DNA of 63,306 bases, filler included. It is 4 parts of 4 records of this genome, joined end to end, with 100 filler letters (N's around TTAATTAATTAA, not from the genome) between each part and the next. Parts side by side here need not be neighbours in the genome. Positions count along the whole stretch, not along the records: positions 1 to 21,911 come from SRR31156797_8996; 3 more parts are not named here. One strand, written 5' to 3'. Shown here one piece after another: positions 10,083 to 19,620 of this stretch. How positions within the stretch are numbered: the first letter of the stretch is position 1; each line of letters starts with the position of its first letter. The notes under the pieces were generated by a model, which did not search any database, was not told where the DNA came from, and worked only from the letters and a program-made list of their open reading frames with translations. A program made the translations under genes and the position numbers.

Positions 10083-10709
10083 CTACTCCATACCTGAAGA
10101 CGGAGTCCCTGCCGCATTCTGGATTTTAATGCAGAACAATTCCATATGGTTCCTGATCTTTTCCGCATAACGGTAAAGCAGTGTTCCGGCGAGCAAGCCG
10201 GGGACGGCAACCACCAACCCGCTCTGGGTGGTAATCAAAGCCTCTGAAATCCCCCCGGCAAGGGCCCGGGCATTCCCGGTGCCGAACAATGAAATCACAT
10301 CAAAGGTAGAAATCATCCCGGTGACTGTTCCCAGCAAGCCCAGCAACGGAGCCGCCCCGGCCAGAATCAGGATCGAACGGATATGCTTCATCAGCCCTGC
10401 ATCCAGCCGGGTACGCAAGGCATCAAGGGTTTCACTGTTCAAATGCGAATCTGCGCAATACTGAACCCGATATTCCCAGATTATCTCCATCTGCCAGCGA
10501 GCCAACCCCGCAGGGAGTGCTGCATCACAATCAGCCATGATTCGGTTCAATTCTTCAGGAGACAGTTCACATCCTTTCTGCCCGTAGAAACTGCGCCACT
10601 TATAAATGGTAAGGGTCCACATGAGTACCGAAATAAATAGCAGTGGAATCATGGTCAGCCCGCCGGACTGCAGGTACTGGAGCAATTTTTCAATGAGATC
10701 ATGCAGCAT
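10083..10709 (-). CDS. exbB: MotA/TolQ/ExbB proton channel
   Basis: APLLGLLGTVTGMI and GISEALITTQSGL motifs. ATG 10709 overlaps the upstream stop. Confidence 0.9.
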   Translation of the reverse strand: MLHDLIEKLLQYLQSGGLTMIPLLFISVLMWTLTIYKWRSFYGQKGCELSPEELNRIMADCDAALPAGLARWQMEIIWEYRVQYCADSHLNSETLDALRTRLDAGLMKHIRSILILAGAAPLLGLLGTVTGMISTFDVISLFGTGNARALAGGISEALITTQSGLVVAVPGLLAGTLLYRYAEKIRNHMELFCIKIQNAAGTPSSGME

Positions 10710-12120
10710 CACGATCGCCCTCCTTGGAGAATTCATTACCATTCTTCAACAAAGCCACGGAGAAACGCGCACCTTTCTCCTCAATATCAGCGAGAATTTT
10801 ATCCACCCTGCGGTCAAGAATGTGATGCAGAAGCATGATGGGGACAGCCACGGCAAGTCCCAGCTGTGTCGTGACCAAGGCTTCGGAAATCCCTCCGGAC
10901 ATCATCCGCGGGTCCCCGGTGCCGTAGACAGTGATGATCTGGAAAGTATTGATCATCCCGGTAACTGTACCCAGCAGCCCCAAAAGCGGCGCCACTCCGG
11001 CCAGCACTGAAAGAGTCGGCAGAAAGCGCTCAAGCATGGGCAGCTCCTTGAGCAGGGCTTCCTTAAATCCGTTTTCGATGACCTCTCGGGACTGTCCTGC
11101 ATATTTCAGGGTATGGCTGATAATCCGGCAGGTGGGAAAATTTTTTTTCTGGTCACAAAAACTACGGCATTCCTGCCACTTACCACTAGAAACCCTTTCC
11201 AGAATATGTTCCATATTGCGTTCAGAATTGGCCCTGATCCGGCTAAGGGAGTAAAACCGTTCCAGCACCAGCAACAGAGCGACCACACCAACCAGCACAA
11301 TGGGCCAAACCAGCAGTCCCCCGCCCTCAAGCCACTGGGCAAAACTCTTCTGCTCCCGGGCCAGCCTCTGTAGAGCTGCACCATTGGAAATATCCATAGG
11401 AAAATTATCACTCTCGCCAGCCAAATACTTTTTCATGGTCCGGGAAATCGTCCAGCCCGGATCGCCCTGCACTGCGGCCAATCCATTTTCCCCAACAGGA
11501 CGCAAAAATCCTATCTCTCCATCCGGGGAACGGTAAGCAGCGGTGAAAGTGCCCGCGCGCAGGATCTCACCCTGCTTCATGGAACCATCCACTCCTGTAA
11601 AGCAACCCTTGCGATGCACAACCTCACCTGAAGACTTCATTTCAGACAGATACATGGCAACCAGCTGTTCAAGACCTTCCAAGCCCATAAAACGGTCTTC
11701 AGCCATCAATCCTTCAAGAATTTTCAAACGCTGCGGGAACTCAGGGCTACTCAAACTTTCATGAAAGAGATCCCGGGCCTGTTTTCCTGCAGAGCGTAAG
11801 GTCCCCTCAATGGTTTTCAATTCGTGGGCATGCGTTGCCAACTCTTCTTCAAGTTCTTTCTCACGCTGGAACAAGATTCTGTACTCTTTCTCCAGAGCAT
11901 CAAACTCGCCCTGCTTTGCTCTGCTTGACAACTTAAGATCTGATAATTCCTTATTTATTTGACTCTGCTGAGCCTTAATGATTCCACGAGTCTGAACGGC
12001 TGCGGTCTTTGTCTCGGTAACAGTCTGCTGTACCCCGTCAGCCGCAACTTCCCACGATTCAGCAAATGCACTTGAAACAGCCAGAAAGAAAGACATAAAA
12101 AGAACAATCAAATATCTCAC
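10699..12120 (-). CDS. Long MotA/TolQ/ExbB protein with periplasmic coiled-coil N-terminus (TtpC-like)
   Basis: 473 aa: signal peptide, coiled coil, then ExbB domain (APLLGLLGTVTGMINTF, GDPRMMSGGISEALVTT). Confidence 0.88.
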   Translation of the reverse strand: MRYLIVLFMSFFLAVSSAFAESWEVAADGVQQTVTETKTAAVQTRGIIKAQQSQINKELSDLKLSSRAKQGEFDALEKEYRILFQREKELEEELATHAHELKTIEGTLRSAGKQARDLFHESLSSPEFPQRLKILEGLMAEDRFMGLEGLEQLVAMYLSEMKSSGEVVHRKGCFTGVDGSMKQGEILRAGTFTAAYRSPDGEIGFLRPVGENGLAAVQGDPGWTISRTMKKYLAGESDNFPMDISNGAALQRLAREQKSFAQWLEGGGLLVWPIVLVGVVALLLVLERFYSLSRIRANSERNMEHILERVSSGKWQECRSFCDQKKNFPTCRIISHTLKYAGQSREVIENGFKEALLKELPMLERFLPTLSVLAGVAPLLGLLGTVTGMINTFQIITVYGTGDPRMMSGGISEALVTTQLGLAVAVPIMLLHHILDRRVDKILADIEEKGARFSVALLKNGNEFSKEGDRDAA

Positions 12121-12869
12121 ATTGCACTCCCTACAGGCAAAGAAAGCATTTCAACAGCCCGCCTACGGGAAGCCATATCTTCAGCTTTTCTGAGCTCTCT
12201 GGCAAAAGCGGAGTCAAGCGCTTTCCAGCTCCCGGACTTGCGATCCCAAACACCGCAGCCTGCATTATCCCGGGTCCGGTAAAAGAGGGCCAGCCTACCC
12301 AGCCGAAACAAATCCACCTGAACAGATTGTCCATTAAGTTCCAATGTTGCAGGAATGGTTTCCACGGTCCGCCCATACTCGGCTTCAACCTGCAAGGCCT
12401 CCAAAACCCGGCGCAACTTCTCACTTAGGTTAAGATGGTAATCGTCAAGAGATCCCCGCAAAAAGGACAGACGTTTTGCGCGCTCCTCCTTGAGAAAGGG
12501 CAGATCTGCAGCCACCAGCTTTTCGAGCCTTCCGACTACGGATTCCAAAAATGGTTCCAGCTCCATTTGAATACGCTTGGCCTGCTCTTTGCGGTTCTCA
12601 AGCTCGGCAATTACCGCCCGCTGCTTCTCTAAATATCGTGTATACTTGCTGTTCTGGAAATCCAGCCATGAATCCATGAGCTTTAAATTCCGAATTTCCT
12701 GTACCAACGACTCCTTTTTCTCCGCCCAATCCTGAAATTCTTTTTGCGAAACAACCTCTGCAGAAAGAGCCGCCGTAAGCTCCGTGTGAACCACCTTGGC
12801 CGACTGTCCTCCCCACGCATGAGAGGCAAACAGAAGCAGGCAAAGCCCGGACAACCGCAAAATTTTCAT
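12117..12869 (-). CDS. DUF3450 protein (TtpB-like)
   Basis: Signal peptide, coiled coil, and motifs DLPFLxEER, EKLRRVLEALQVEAEYG and RLGRLALFY. First gene of the TonB operon. Confidence 0.88.
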   Translation of the reverse strand: MKILRLSGLCLLLFASHAWGGQSAKVVHTELTAALSAEVVSQKEFQDWAEKKESLVQEIRNLKLMDSWLDFQNSKYTRYLEKQRAVIAELENRKEQAKRIQMELEPFLESVVGRLEKLVAADLPFLKEERAKRLSFLRGSLDDYHLNLSEKLRRVLEALQVEAEYGRTVETIPATLELNGQSVQVDLFRLGRLALFYRTRDNAGCGVWDRKSGSWKALDSAFARELRKAEDMASRRRAVEMLSLPVGSAM

Positions 12870-12940
12870 CGTAACCCCCTTGTATTATTTTCCCTGTCAG
12901 CTATTTAAGCTGGAGCTGATTGCAAAAGACTCAAACGAAC

Positions 12941-12962
12941 TTGATTTTTAATTTCATTCTCA
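12941..12962 (-). promoter_or_regulatory. Fur box-like site upstream of TonB operon
   Basis: Minus-strand GAGAATGAAATTAAAAATC matches 13/19 positions of GATAATGATAATCATTATC. Confidence 0.55.
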
Positions 12963-13121
12963 CTGAACATGTATGCAGCAAGACTTTGCAGGTCAATATA
13001 GGAAAAATAATGGGGTAATAGTTTCATGTTGCAGGGTAATTTACAAAGCTGCAAACATCATTTTGCAAAGATGTTTCATCGCCAAACAAAATAGATCAAT
13101 CCTTTGAAATCGTTAAACCCA

Positions 13122-13157
13122 TGAAGCCCCGACAAAATTACTCTTGCCGGGGCTTCA
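13122..13157 (-). terminator. Stem-loop ending the tssJKLM-AMIN operon
   Basis: TGAAGCCCCGaCAA...TTGcCGGGGCTTCA inverted repeat immediately after the stop at 13164. Confidence 0.6.
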
Positions 13158-13163
13158 CCGTTT

Positions 13164-13898
13164 TTATTCTTTTGCTTGTTGCTGCGCCTTTTCGGTAACC
13201 ACAATATCGAGTCCCTGCGGGGTTCGGATCAATTGCGGAGCCGGCCCCTTTTTCTCTTCCGGGTTACGAAAATTGAAGACCAGCCGCAAGCGGTCCTGAT
13301 GCCTGCCCAGCACCACCTGCCCCACAAAGCCGGAGATAAAATCAGTTACCCGTGGAACGGAGTATCGCCACTTGCCGCGCAGATCCACCACCAGCTTGGA
13401 AGGCTTGTCGAGCCAGAAATAAGTCACCCTGCCCACATCGCGAGAGGTCCGCAAACGAGCCAGAAACTCAGTTTCCGTATGGGTAAATTCAAGATTGTCT
13501 AACATGCCGACAGAACCAGCTGGCCCCGTGGAACCAGAAACAGCCTGCGTGCGATTGGCAGCAAGATCTTGCTGAATATCCCTTTTAACCGGATCGGAAG
13601 CATTAGACTTTGCGGTCTGGTTACCTTCGATAAACTGCTCCACATCCTGCTCCACCTTGCGAACTTCATGAACGACTTCCCTGCGCACCGAAGTGACTTC
13701 TTCCTTGGCTGTCTGCATTAAAGTCTGTGAACCGTTTACAGCGGAAGTGCCGTTAAAGAGCATCTGCGCAGGCTGATTGAAATCACGAATAAAGGTATCA
13801 AAATCACCCCACACGGAAAGAACGAACAGACCGGACACTGCGCCGAGCCAGATCAGGAAAAGCAGGATGTAAAATCTTCTGTAAAAAACAGTCAGCAC
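13164..13898 (-). CDS. Membrane-anchored AMIN-domain protein
   Basis: N-terminal TM, linker, and C-terminal YFWLDKPSKLVVDL...LGRHQDRLRLVFN AMIN signature. Starts 10 bp after the tssM stop with a GGAGG RBS. Confidence 0.8.
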   Translation of the reverse strand: MLTVFYRRFYILLFLIWLGAVSGLFVLSVWGDFDTFIRDFNQPAQMLFNGTSAVNGSQTLMQTAKEEVTSVRREVVHEVRKVEQDVEQFIEGNQTAKSNASDPVKRDIQQDLAANRTQAVSGSTGPAGSVGMLDNLEFTHTETEFLARLRTSRDVGRVTYFWLDKPSKLVVDLRGKWRYSVPRVTDFISGFVGQVVLGRHQDRLRLVFNFRNPEEKKGPAPQLIRTPQGLDIVVTEKAQQQAKE

Positions 13899-13908
13899 AT
13901 CCGCCTCC

Positions 13909-16900
13909 TTAATGCTGCCAGCAATCGGTTATGAAGTTGGGCAGGTTCAAGGGCTTGATCTTCAGCACCTCAACTACCGGAACGGCCCCGCTGAAATTGT
14001 AGCCGACCTTTACACTGCTCACGCCCAGACCTTCTAGCCCCTTGGCCTGATCCGGGAAGTCCTTGGGACTGAAGTTGACCGCACCATTACGAAACTCGGA
14101 CAGGAACTTGGCAAAACCAAGCTTGCCTTCATAGGTCTTGACCAGATCAATACCCGGAAAACGGATGGTCAGAGTAGTTGAACCACACTGATCAGGCTTC
14201 CAAGTGAAGGTCATCTTTTCGGAATAATTGTAGTTGACCAATTCCTGCTTTCCACTGCCGCATTCAAGGGAAAGAGTGGTGGCGTAGGGTTCCTGCGTTG
14301 CATTGGAATTCACGGAAGTAGGAATAGTGGACAGGCCGACCTTATACTCGGGCTGGATTTCCTGCGCACCCTGCTCACCGTCATTGAGGAAAACAAAGAA
14401 ATCTTCACGGAACGGAAAAGGAATACCCAGCCACTTGCGGCTCTGCCAGCCCTTGACACCCTTGTTCAGGAATGGCGCGGCGCTGCCGGAAGTAAACTTA
14501 TCCACAATTCCGCTCTTGCCGAACAAGGTGGTCCGCAACTTATCCGAAGGGACATGGGCTGTTTCAGCCAAAACCTTGCCTTCCCAGAGCTGCTGCAATT
14601 CACAGGAAGCTTCCATGGTTATCACATAAACCATAAATTCAAGCGGACCTGCCACAAGATTCCAGAACATATGAGTCCCCTGCCCGCCACCGCGCATGCG
14701 GGTCCGCAAAGCAGCCATGGCTCTTGTGGCTCCGTCCACGGGATTCTTCTTGACCGCACCGGCAGACTTACTGTCCGCACCGCTGCCGCCGGAACCTGAA
14801 CTTTGTCCGGTTGCAGGGTAAAGGGCAGCCGCACTCTTGAAAGCTGTTTCCTGACTGGTGGTAAACCCGGCCAGATCATGCAGCACCTGCATATATTCTT
14901 GGAGCTGCTTGGCTCCCTCAATGCGAGCCTCAATATTCTCAGCCATCTTCCCACCCAGATCTGCCATGATTTTACGCAGGGATTCCTCAGCCTTTTGGGA
15001 TGATTCCTCCACTCCCTTGGCTTTAATTGCCTTGTACTGGGTCAGCACGATGTTAAAATCAAAAAGGTCCTCAACCCAACCCGGAGCTGTGCCCAATCCC
15101 TTAATAACTGCAAACTCCTCTTTCATCCTGCCCAGCAACTTGAAATACGGATTATCGGCATTAGCCATAATGTGAGCCATGTTGGTGTAATCATCTTTGG
15201 TCAGAAGCTGCCGTTCACCTTCAGTGAAATGTTCGGAAAAAGAATACCACGAACGGTAAAACTGCTCTGCGTACCAATTCCAAAAATCCTTTTCGCGCTG
15301 GGCGAAATCCGTATTATCCGGCATAGCCCTGCGCAATTCCCCAAGGAAATCAGTAAGCATTTTATGACCGATTGTCGTATAAGCCGGGGCCACATGGACC
15401 TCATTTTCAAAATGCAGACGCGGTCCACCCCAAAAATCGCGCAGAGTCACCGGCTGCACTTCGGGATTGGAATCCACCCAATCCACCAGCCACTTGAAAT
15501 CCGAACCCTTAAGACTGAAAACTTTCCCCAGACGGGCCTGCAAAAGCAGCCTCTGCTCTTTCAGCCCTTCATCATTCTCAACCCAATCAAGATAAGAACT
15601 ATACGTTTGCCCGTAATACTTCATTAAATCTGGCTCAAACCCTTTCACTGCCACGGACAAGGCCTGCCCGGAGGGGAGTTCATATGGAGCCAGCGGTTTT
15701 GATTTTCCACCTTCAATTCGGTTATCAAGCAGGTCGATACGCCAGCCGAGCAGCTTGACGAAATCGCTGATCACCTGCTCCGAGGAGCCTGCATGCAAAC
15801 CTTCAATGGTCTGTGCCAATTTTTCATCCATGGGTTTGAGTAACACAGATTCAAACTTTTCAGTGTAAAGATGCCGGACCTTCTGCTCCGCCTCAAGGCT
15901 GACATCAAGGCCCATGCGCGGAACCCACCAATTGGAGTTGAGCTCGTTAAGATGCACAATTTTCTGGCGAAACCCTTCCATTTCCACAACACATTCATCA
16001 ATTTTTTCTGAAAATTCAGGAGGTTTAGGAAAGGCAGTAAACAAATCATCCAAAGCACGGCGGTTACCCAAGAAGGACATGCTGAACAGTCCGCAAACAA
16101 AAAAGAGCAACAGCAACCAGACCAACATCCCCATATTACGGGTCAGCAGCTTCCACTTTAGAAATTCAATGATAGGGGTGAACAGATTACGATCACGGGT
16201 TAACACTTTTGAAAAAAAGTCATGCAAAAACAAGCCCTGCCTGGTTCCAGGAAGTTTTGTTTCCACATTCTGCAAAGAAGGGAGGCTATCCAGAAAAGCA
16301 GACGTCTGCTCGCCGCTCTGTTCACCGCTGGAAAAATAAATTCCCCGGAACAAAGGCTGTTCCTGATAGGGATTCTCCTCGAATACTCCATCCGTAAAAG
16401 CCCGAATGCGCGGACGCAAGCGATCCAATTCGTCAGCAAGGACCAGAAAAGCTGGATCAAAACTATTTCCCCGGTCCACCAAAGTCATCCGCAATTCACG
16501 CAAACGCTCGATCACCCCGAAAACGGCAGTATCCACAAATTCTTCGGGATCAGAAGTAACTGACTCATTAACCATTCCCATAGCCTGTGAACAAGCCCCG
16601 GCAGGCATAACCTCAGCCAGTCCCTTAAGTCCGAAGACAAGGTCCATCTTGGTCAGCAGAACATAAACCGGAAAACGCACCCCCAGCACACGCATGAGCT
16701 CGTTGATCCGTCGCCGCAAACTGCGCCCGTACTTATGCAGACTGTCTTCATCACCGGACTGCAAACGATCAGCAGGCAGGGTGATGATCAACCCGTTGAG
16801 CGGTTCGCGCTTACGGTATTTGACCAACAGGGTCAGAAATTTTTCCCACTCTTCCTTATCCCGTGATTCATCTAAAGGGATGGCGTAACGACCAGCAGTA

Positions 16901-17418
16901 TCAAGGATGACCGCCTCTTCAAAGAACCACCAATCACAATTGCGGGTAGCGGAAACTCCGGGAGTGGGGCCGACATCAGAAAGGATGGAGGTCAGCCTGC
17001 TGCTGGCAACCGCTGTACTTTTTCCGGAATCAGATTCACCAAAAATCATATACCACGGCAATGCGTACAAGGGATTACCATGCCTGCGCAATTCCGAATT
17101 CTGAAGCAGGTGCACAGCTTCGGTCCAGCGGGTTTGCAATTCCTGTAAACGGGAACGTTCATGCAGCGGAGCAGCGGCAATAGCGGAATCATCCTGATCC
17201 ACAATGCGCTTGACGAATTTCTTCTCCCGCCTGCGCAGCATCCACTTACGAATGAAAAAGAAAGCAGCAACCAGCCCGATCACCCCGCCGAAAAGGCAGG
17301 CCCCCGCCCACCACGGCCAGCCCATGTAAGTAACAAGGGCGTAAGAACCCACTGCTGCCAGCACAAAAAGCAGCACAATAAAGATGATCTTGAGCAAATT
17401 GAGTAGAAATTTCTTCAT
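13909..17418 (-). CDS. tssM: T6SS membrane complex protein TssM (IcmF)
   Basis: LYALPWY, Walker A GESDSGKST, CDWWF, DTAGRY, PLNGL, FPVYVLLTKMD and FRGIYFSSG motifs. Confidence 0.93.
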   Translation of the reverse strand: MKKFLLNLLKIIFIVLLFVLAAVGSYALVTYMGWPWWAGACLFGGVIGLVAAFFFIRKWMLRRREKKFVKRIVDQDDSAIAAAPLHERSRLQELQTRWTEAVHLLQNSELRRHGNPLYALPWYMIFGESDSGKSTAVASSRLTSILSDVGPTPGVSATRNCDWWFFEEAVILDTAGRYAIPLDESRDKEEWEKFLTLLVKYRKREPLNGLIITLPADRLQSGDEDSLHKYGRSLRRRINELMRVLGVRFPVYVLLTKMDLVFGLKGLAEVMPAGACSQAMGMVNESVTSDPEEFVDTAVFGVIERLRELRMTLVDRGNSFDPAFLVLADELDRLRPRIRAFTDGVFEENPYQEQPLFRGIYFSSGEQSGEQTSAFLDSLPSLQNVETKLPGTRQGLFLHDFFSKVLTRDRNLFTPIIEFLKWKLLTRNMGMLVWLLLLFFVCGLFSMSFLGNRRALDDLFTAFPKPPEFSEKIDECVVEMEGFRQKIVHLNELNSNWWVPRMGLDVSLEAEQKVRHLYTEKFESVLLKPMDEKLAQTIEGLHAGSSEQVISDFVKLLGWRIDLLDNRIEGGKSKPLAPYELPSGQALSVAVKGFEPDLMKYYGQTYSSYLDWVENDEGLKEQRLLLQARLGKVFSLKGSDFKWLVDWVDSNPEVQPVTLRDFWGGPRLHFENEVHVAPAYTTIGHKMLTDFLGELRRAMPDNTDFAQREKDFWNWYAEQFYRSWYSFSEHFTEGERQLLTKDDYTNMAHIMANADNPYFKLLGRMKEEFAVIKGLGTAPGWVEDLFDFNIVLTQYKAIKAKGVEESSQKAEESLRKIMADLGGKMAENIEARIEGAKQLQEYMQVLHDLAGFTTSQETAFKSAAALYPATGQSSGSGGSGADSKSAGAVKKNPVDGATRAMAALRTRMRGGGQGTHMFWNLVAGPLEFMVYVITMEASCELQQLWEGKVLAETAHVPSDKLRTTLFGKSGIVDKFTSGSAAPFLNKGVKGWQSRKWLGIPFPFREDFFVFLNDGEQGAQEIQPEYKVGLSTIPTSVNSNATQEPYATTLSLECGSGKQELVNYNYSEKMTFTWKPDQCGSTTLTIRFPGIDLVKTYEGKLGFAKFLSEFRNGAVNFSPKDFPDQAKGLEGLGVSSVKVGYNFSGAVPVVEVLKIKPLNLPNFITDCWQH

Positions 17419-17444
17419 GCTTTGGCCTTTTCACCCCTTTGATA

Positions 17445-18170
17445 TCAACCGAACCAGAGCTTCAAGCTGTGCTCAAGCAAAACCTTGTAAGCCAGATACA
17501 TCCCGCCAGACACAAGCACTGGAAGAATGAAAAAAATCAGAGACACCGGATCGAAAATCCGTCCGTAACAGCACTTACGCGGCGCAGTCTCACCTGTACC
17601 GTATGATTGCGGGAAAACCGGACCGCTGCCATCTTCGCTTCCGGGTATCCGGGCCACGCACTCCCGGCGCAGTTCTTCCAGACGCGCTTCCCCGGATTCG
17701 CTGAAATACTTCCCGGTATAGCCAAGGGAAAGGCAGAGGGCATAGACTTCCAGAACTTCGGATAACCCATTGCCATTTACAGGTTCACCTTCCTTTTCCA
17801 TATCTGCGAAAAGGCTTTGATCCACCGGGCCGTTGTTGCGGTTGAAAAGCTTGTCCAGACGCTCGAAAAATTCTTCTCCCGCATTAGCTGTTCCGTAGAA
17901 CTCACGCTGCAGGGGGTGCTTGAGCCATTCACGCACCCCGGACCATTTTGAAACCAATACAGCCTCATCAGCCCAAGCGAAGACTGCAAAGCGGGCATCA
18001 TTGTAAAGATCTTCCGGGATATCGACCAGATCACTGCGGTCATCCATGCGAGTAATCAGCGTCCTCATATCTTCACGCACCTGCTCATAATCGGCCCCGG
18101 CCATTTCCGGAGATTCGGTTAAAAGCCTGACGTAGGTGAAGAGTTCAAGGAAACAATCAGATAGATGCAT
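17445..18170 (-). CDS. tssL: T6SS protein TssL (DotU), no OmpA domain
   Basis: AWADEAVL, PLQREFYGTANAGEEFFERL and LEVYALCLSLGYTGKY motifs, single C-terminal TM. ATG 18170 follows a GAGG RBS. Confidence 0.92.
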   Translation of the reverse strand: MHLSDCFLELFTYVRLLTESPEMAGADYEQVREDMRTLITRMDDRSDLVDIPEDLYNDARFAVFAWADEAVLVSKWSGVREWLKHPLQREFYGTANAGEEFFERLDKLFNRNNGPVDQSLFADMEKEGEPVNGNGLSEVLEVYALCLSLGYTGKYFSESGEARLEELRRECVARIPGSEDGSGPVFPQSYGTGETAPRKCCYGRIFDPVSLIFFILPVLVSGGMYLAYKVLLEHSLKLWFG

Positions 18171-18237
18171 GGAATAATCCCTCAAAATAATTTTTATTTT
18201 GAATTTTAAAAATTAAAAATACAGCAGCATTCACCAT

Positions 18238-19617
18238 CTATCCCCTCATGGCGGCAATGTAGACCGCAAGATCACTGGGTGCACTGTCCCAATAAAGGGA
18301 AAGACTTCCTGAGCGAACCACATCTTCCCAATGTGGAGACTCAATATCAACACGGAAACACAAGGTGTCCTTGGCCCTCGGCAAACCGGGAGGCAGATTT
18401 TCCATATGAATCATACCGATACCCTGCACCGCACGGGCCAACAGGTTGCTCATACCATGGGTGGCTGAAAGTTTGGCGATATTCAGAAGTTCCGGCAAAG
18501 CCTGTTCCGGATTATCGGTCTTGACCAGCAGCCAGAAGCTGTTTCCGGCAGCAAAGGCCCGCTCCGGAAGCTCTATGGTAAAATAAGGATCGCTGAATAC
18601 AAACTGGCCCATGAATTCCGGTCCGGCAGTCAAGCTATCCAGAATATTAGCGATAATCTCCCTAGCTTTTTCAAAGCAGGGTCCGATATTTTCATGATCG
18701 TAGTCGGGTAATACTTTCTGCCCGTCCGTTCCCTCGCCAAGGGCAGACATCTCGCGCGAAAATGAGGATAGCTCCCCGATAATCTGGCGCAGCAGCCCGA
18801 AAGCGTGCCACGGATGGATATGCGGAGCCGCTGCAAAATGATCCAACTGTGGGGCATATCGGTTCAGAGTGCGCAAGATCAGCAGGAAAACTGTGGAAGT
18901 AAAATCAAGGTCACCGGACCCGAGTCCGGCGGGATTCTTATACTGCTCCAGCCTGCGACAGCGAGAAGCCACCTGATCACTTATGTCGCTGAACACATGG
19001 CGCAACCATCTTGAAGCGTTCAGGGTAATACATGGCGGCACAAAGCTCTCATCCAGGCACACTTCCTGAACATCTCGCTCCAACCGGGCCAAGGGGATAA
19101 TGTTGTAGGCCCCGAGGTCATCCAATTCATCTTCCCAGAACAAGCGCAACACATAACGCATAGGCTTGAGCTGGGCTGCAGGACCGCTGCCCAGCAGATC
19201 CGGCTGTTCCACAGGGTCCGGGGAAACTGCAAACATAGTGTTAACCGAGGCTGCAGTGTCCTCAACCTGCGCAACATTACCGCCTTCCGGATTCCACTTG
19301 CGCAATCCCAGATAGACATTGAACGGTTTGCCGCCCTCTTCCCATGCATCCTCAAAAGAACGAGGCTCAATATGGGCATTTCCCGGAAAGGTCACCAGAT
19401 GACCATCATCAAAGAAAACTTCAATTTCTGTCACTTCTATTTTTTTGCGTTCAAGAGCGCCCTTACGAATCTTTAGCCCGGAGACGCCCCAGAAATAAGG
19501 CAGGCCGTACTGGCGCATAGCTCGGGAGCGATGCAATTGATGCAGGTCCGAAAGCTGAAAATGCTGCGGCTGCAGGAACAATCCCTGGTGCCAGAAAAGA
19601 GGCTTGTCAGCATGCAT
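18238..19617 (-). CDS. tssK: T6SS baseplate protein TssK
   Basis: LFWHQGLFLQPQHFQ N-terminal signature and FVPPC motif. Confidence 0.95.
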   Translation of the reverse strand: MHADKPLFWHQGLFLQPQHFQLSDLHQLHRSRAMRQYGLPYFWGVSGLKIRKGALERKKIEVTEIEVFFDDGHLVTFPGNAHIEPRSFEDAWEEGGKPFNVYLGLRKWNPEGGNVAQVEDTAASVNTMFAVSPDPVEQPDLLGSGPAAQLKPMRYVLRLFWEDELDDLGAYNIIPLARLERDVQEVCLDESFVPPCITLNASRWLRHVFSDISDQVASRCRRLEQYKNPAGLGSGDLDFTSTVFLLILRTLNRYAPQLDHFAAAPHIHPWHAFGLLRQIIGELSSFSREMSALGEGTDGQKVLPDYDHENIGPCFEKAREIIANILDSLTAGPEFMGQFVFSDPYFTIELPERAFAAGNSFWLLVKTDNPEQALPELLNIAKLSATHGMSNLLARAVQGIGMIHMENLPPGLPRAKDTLCFRVDIESPHWEDVVRSGSLSLYWDSAPSDLAVYIAAMRG

Positions 19618-19620
19618 AGC

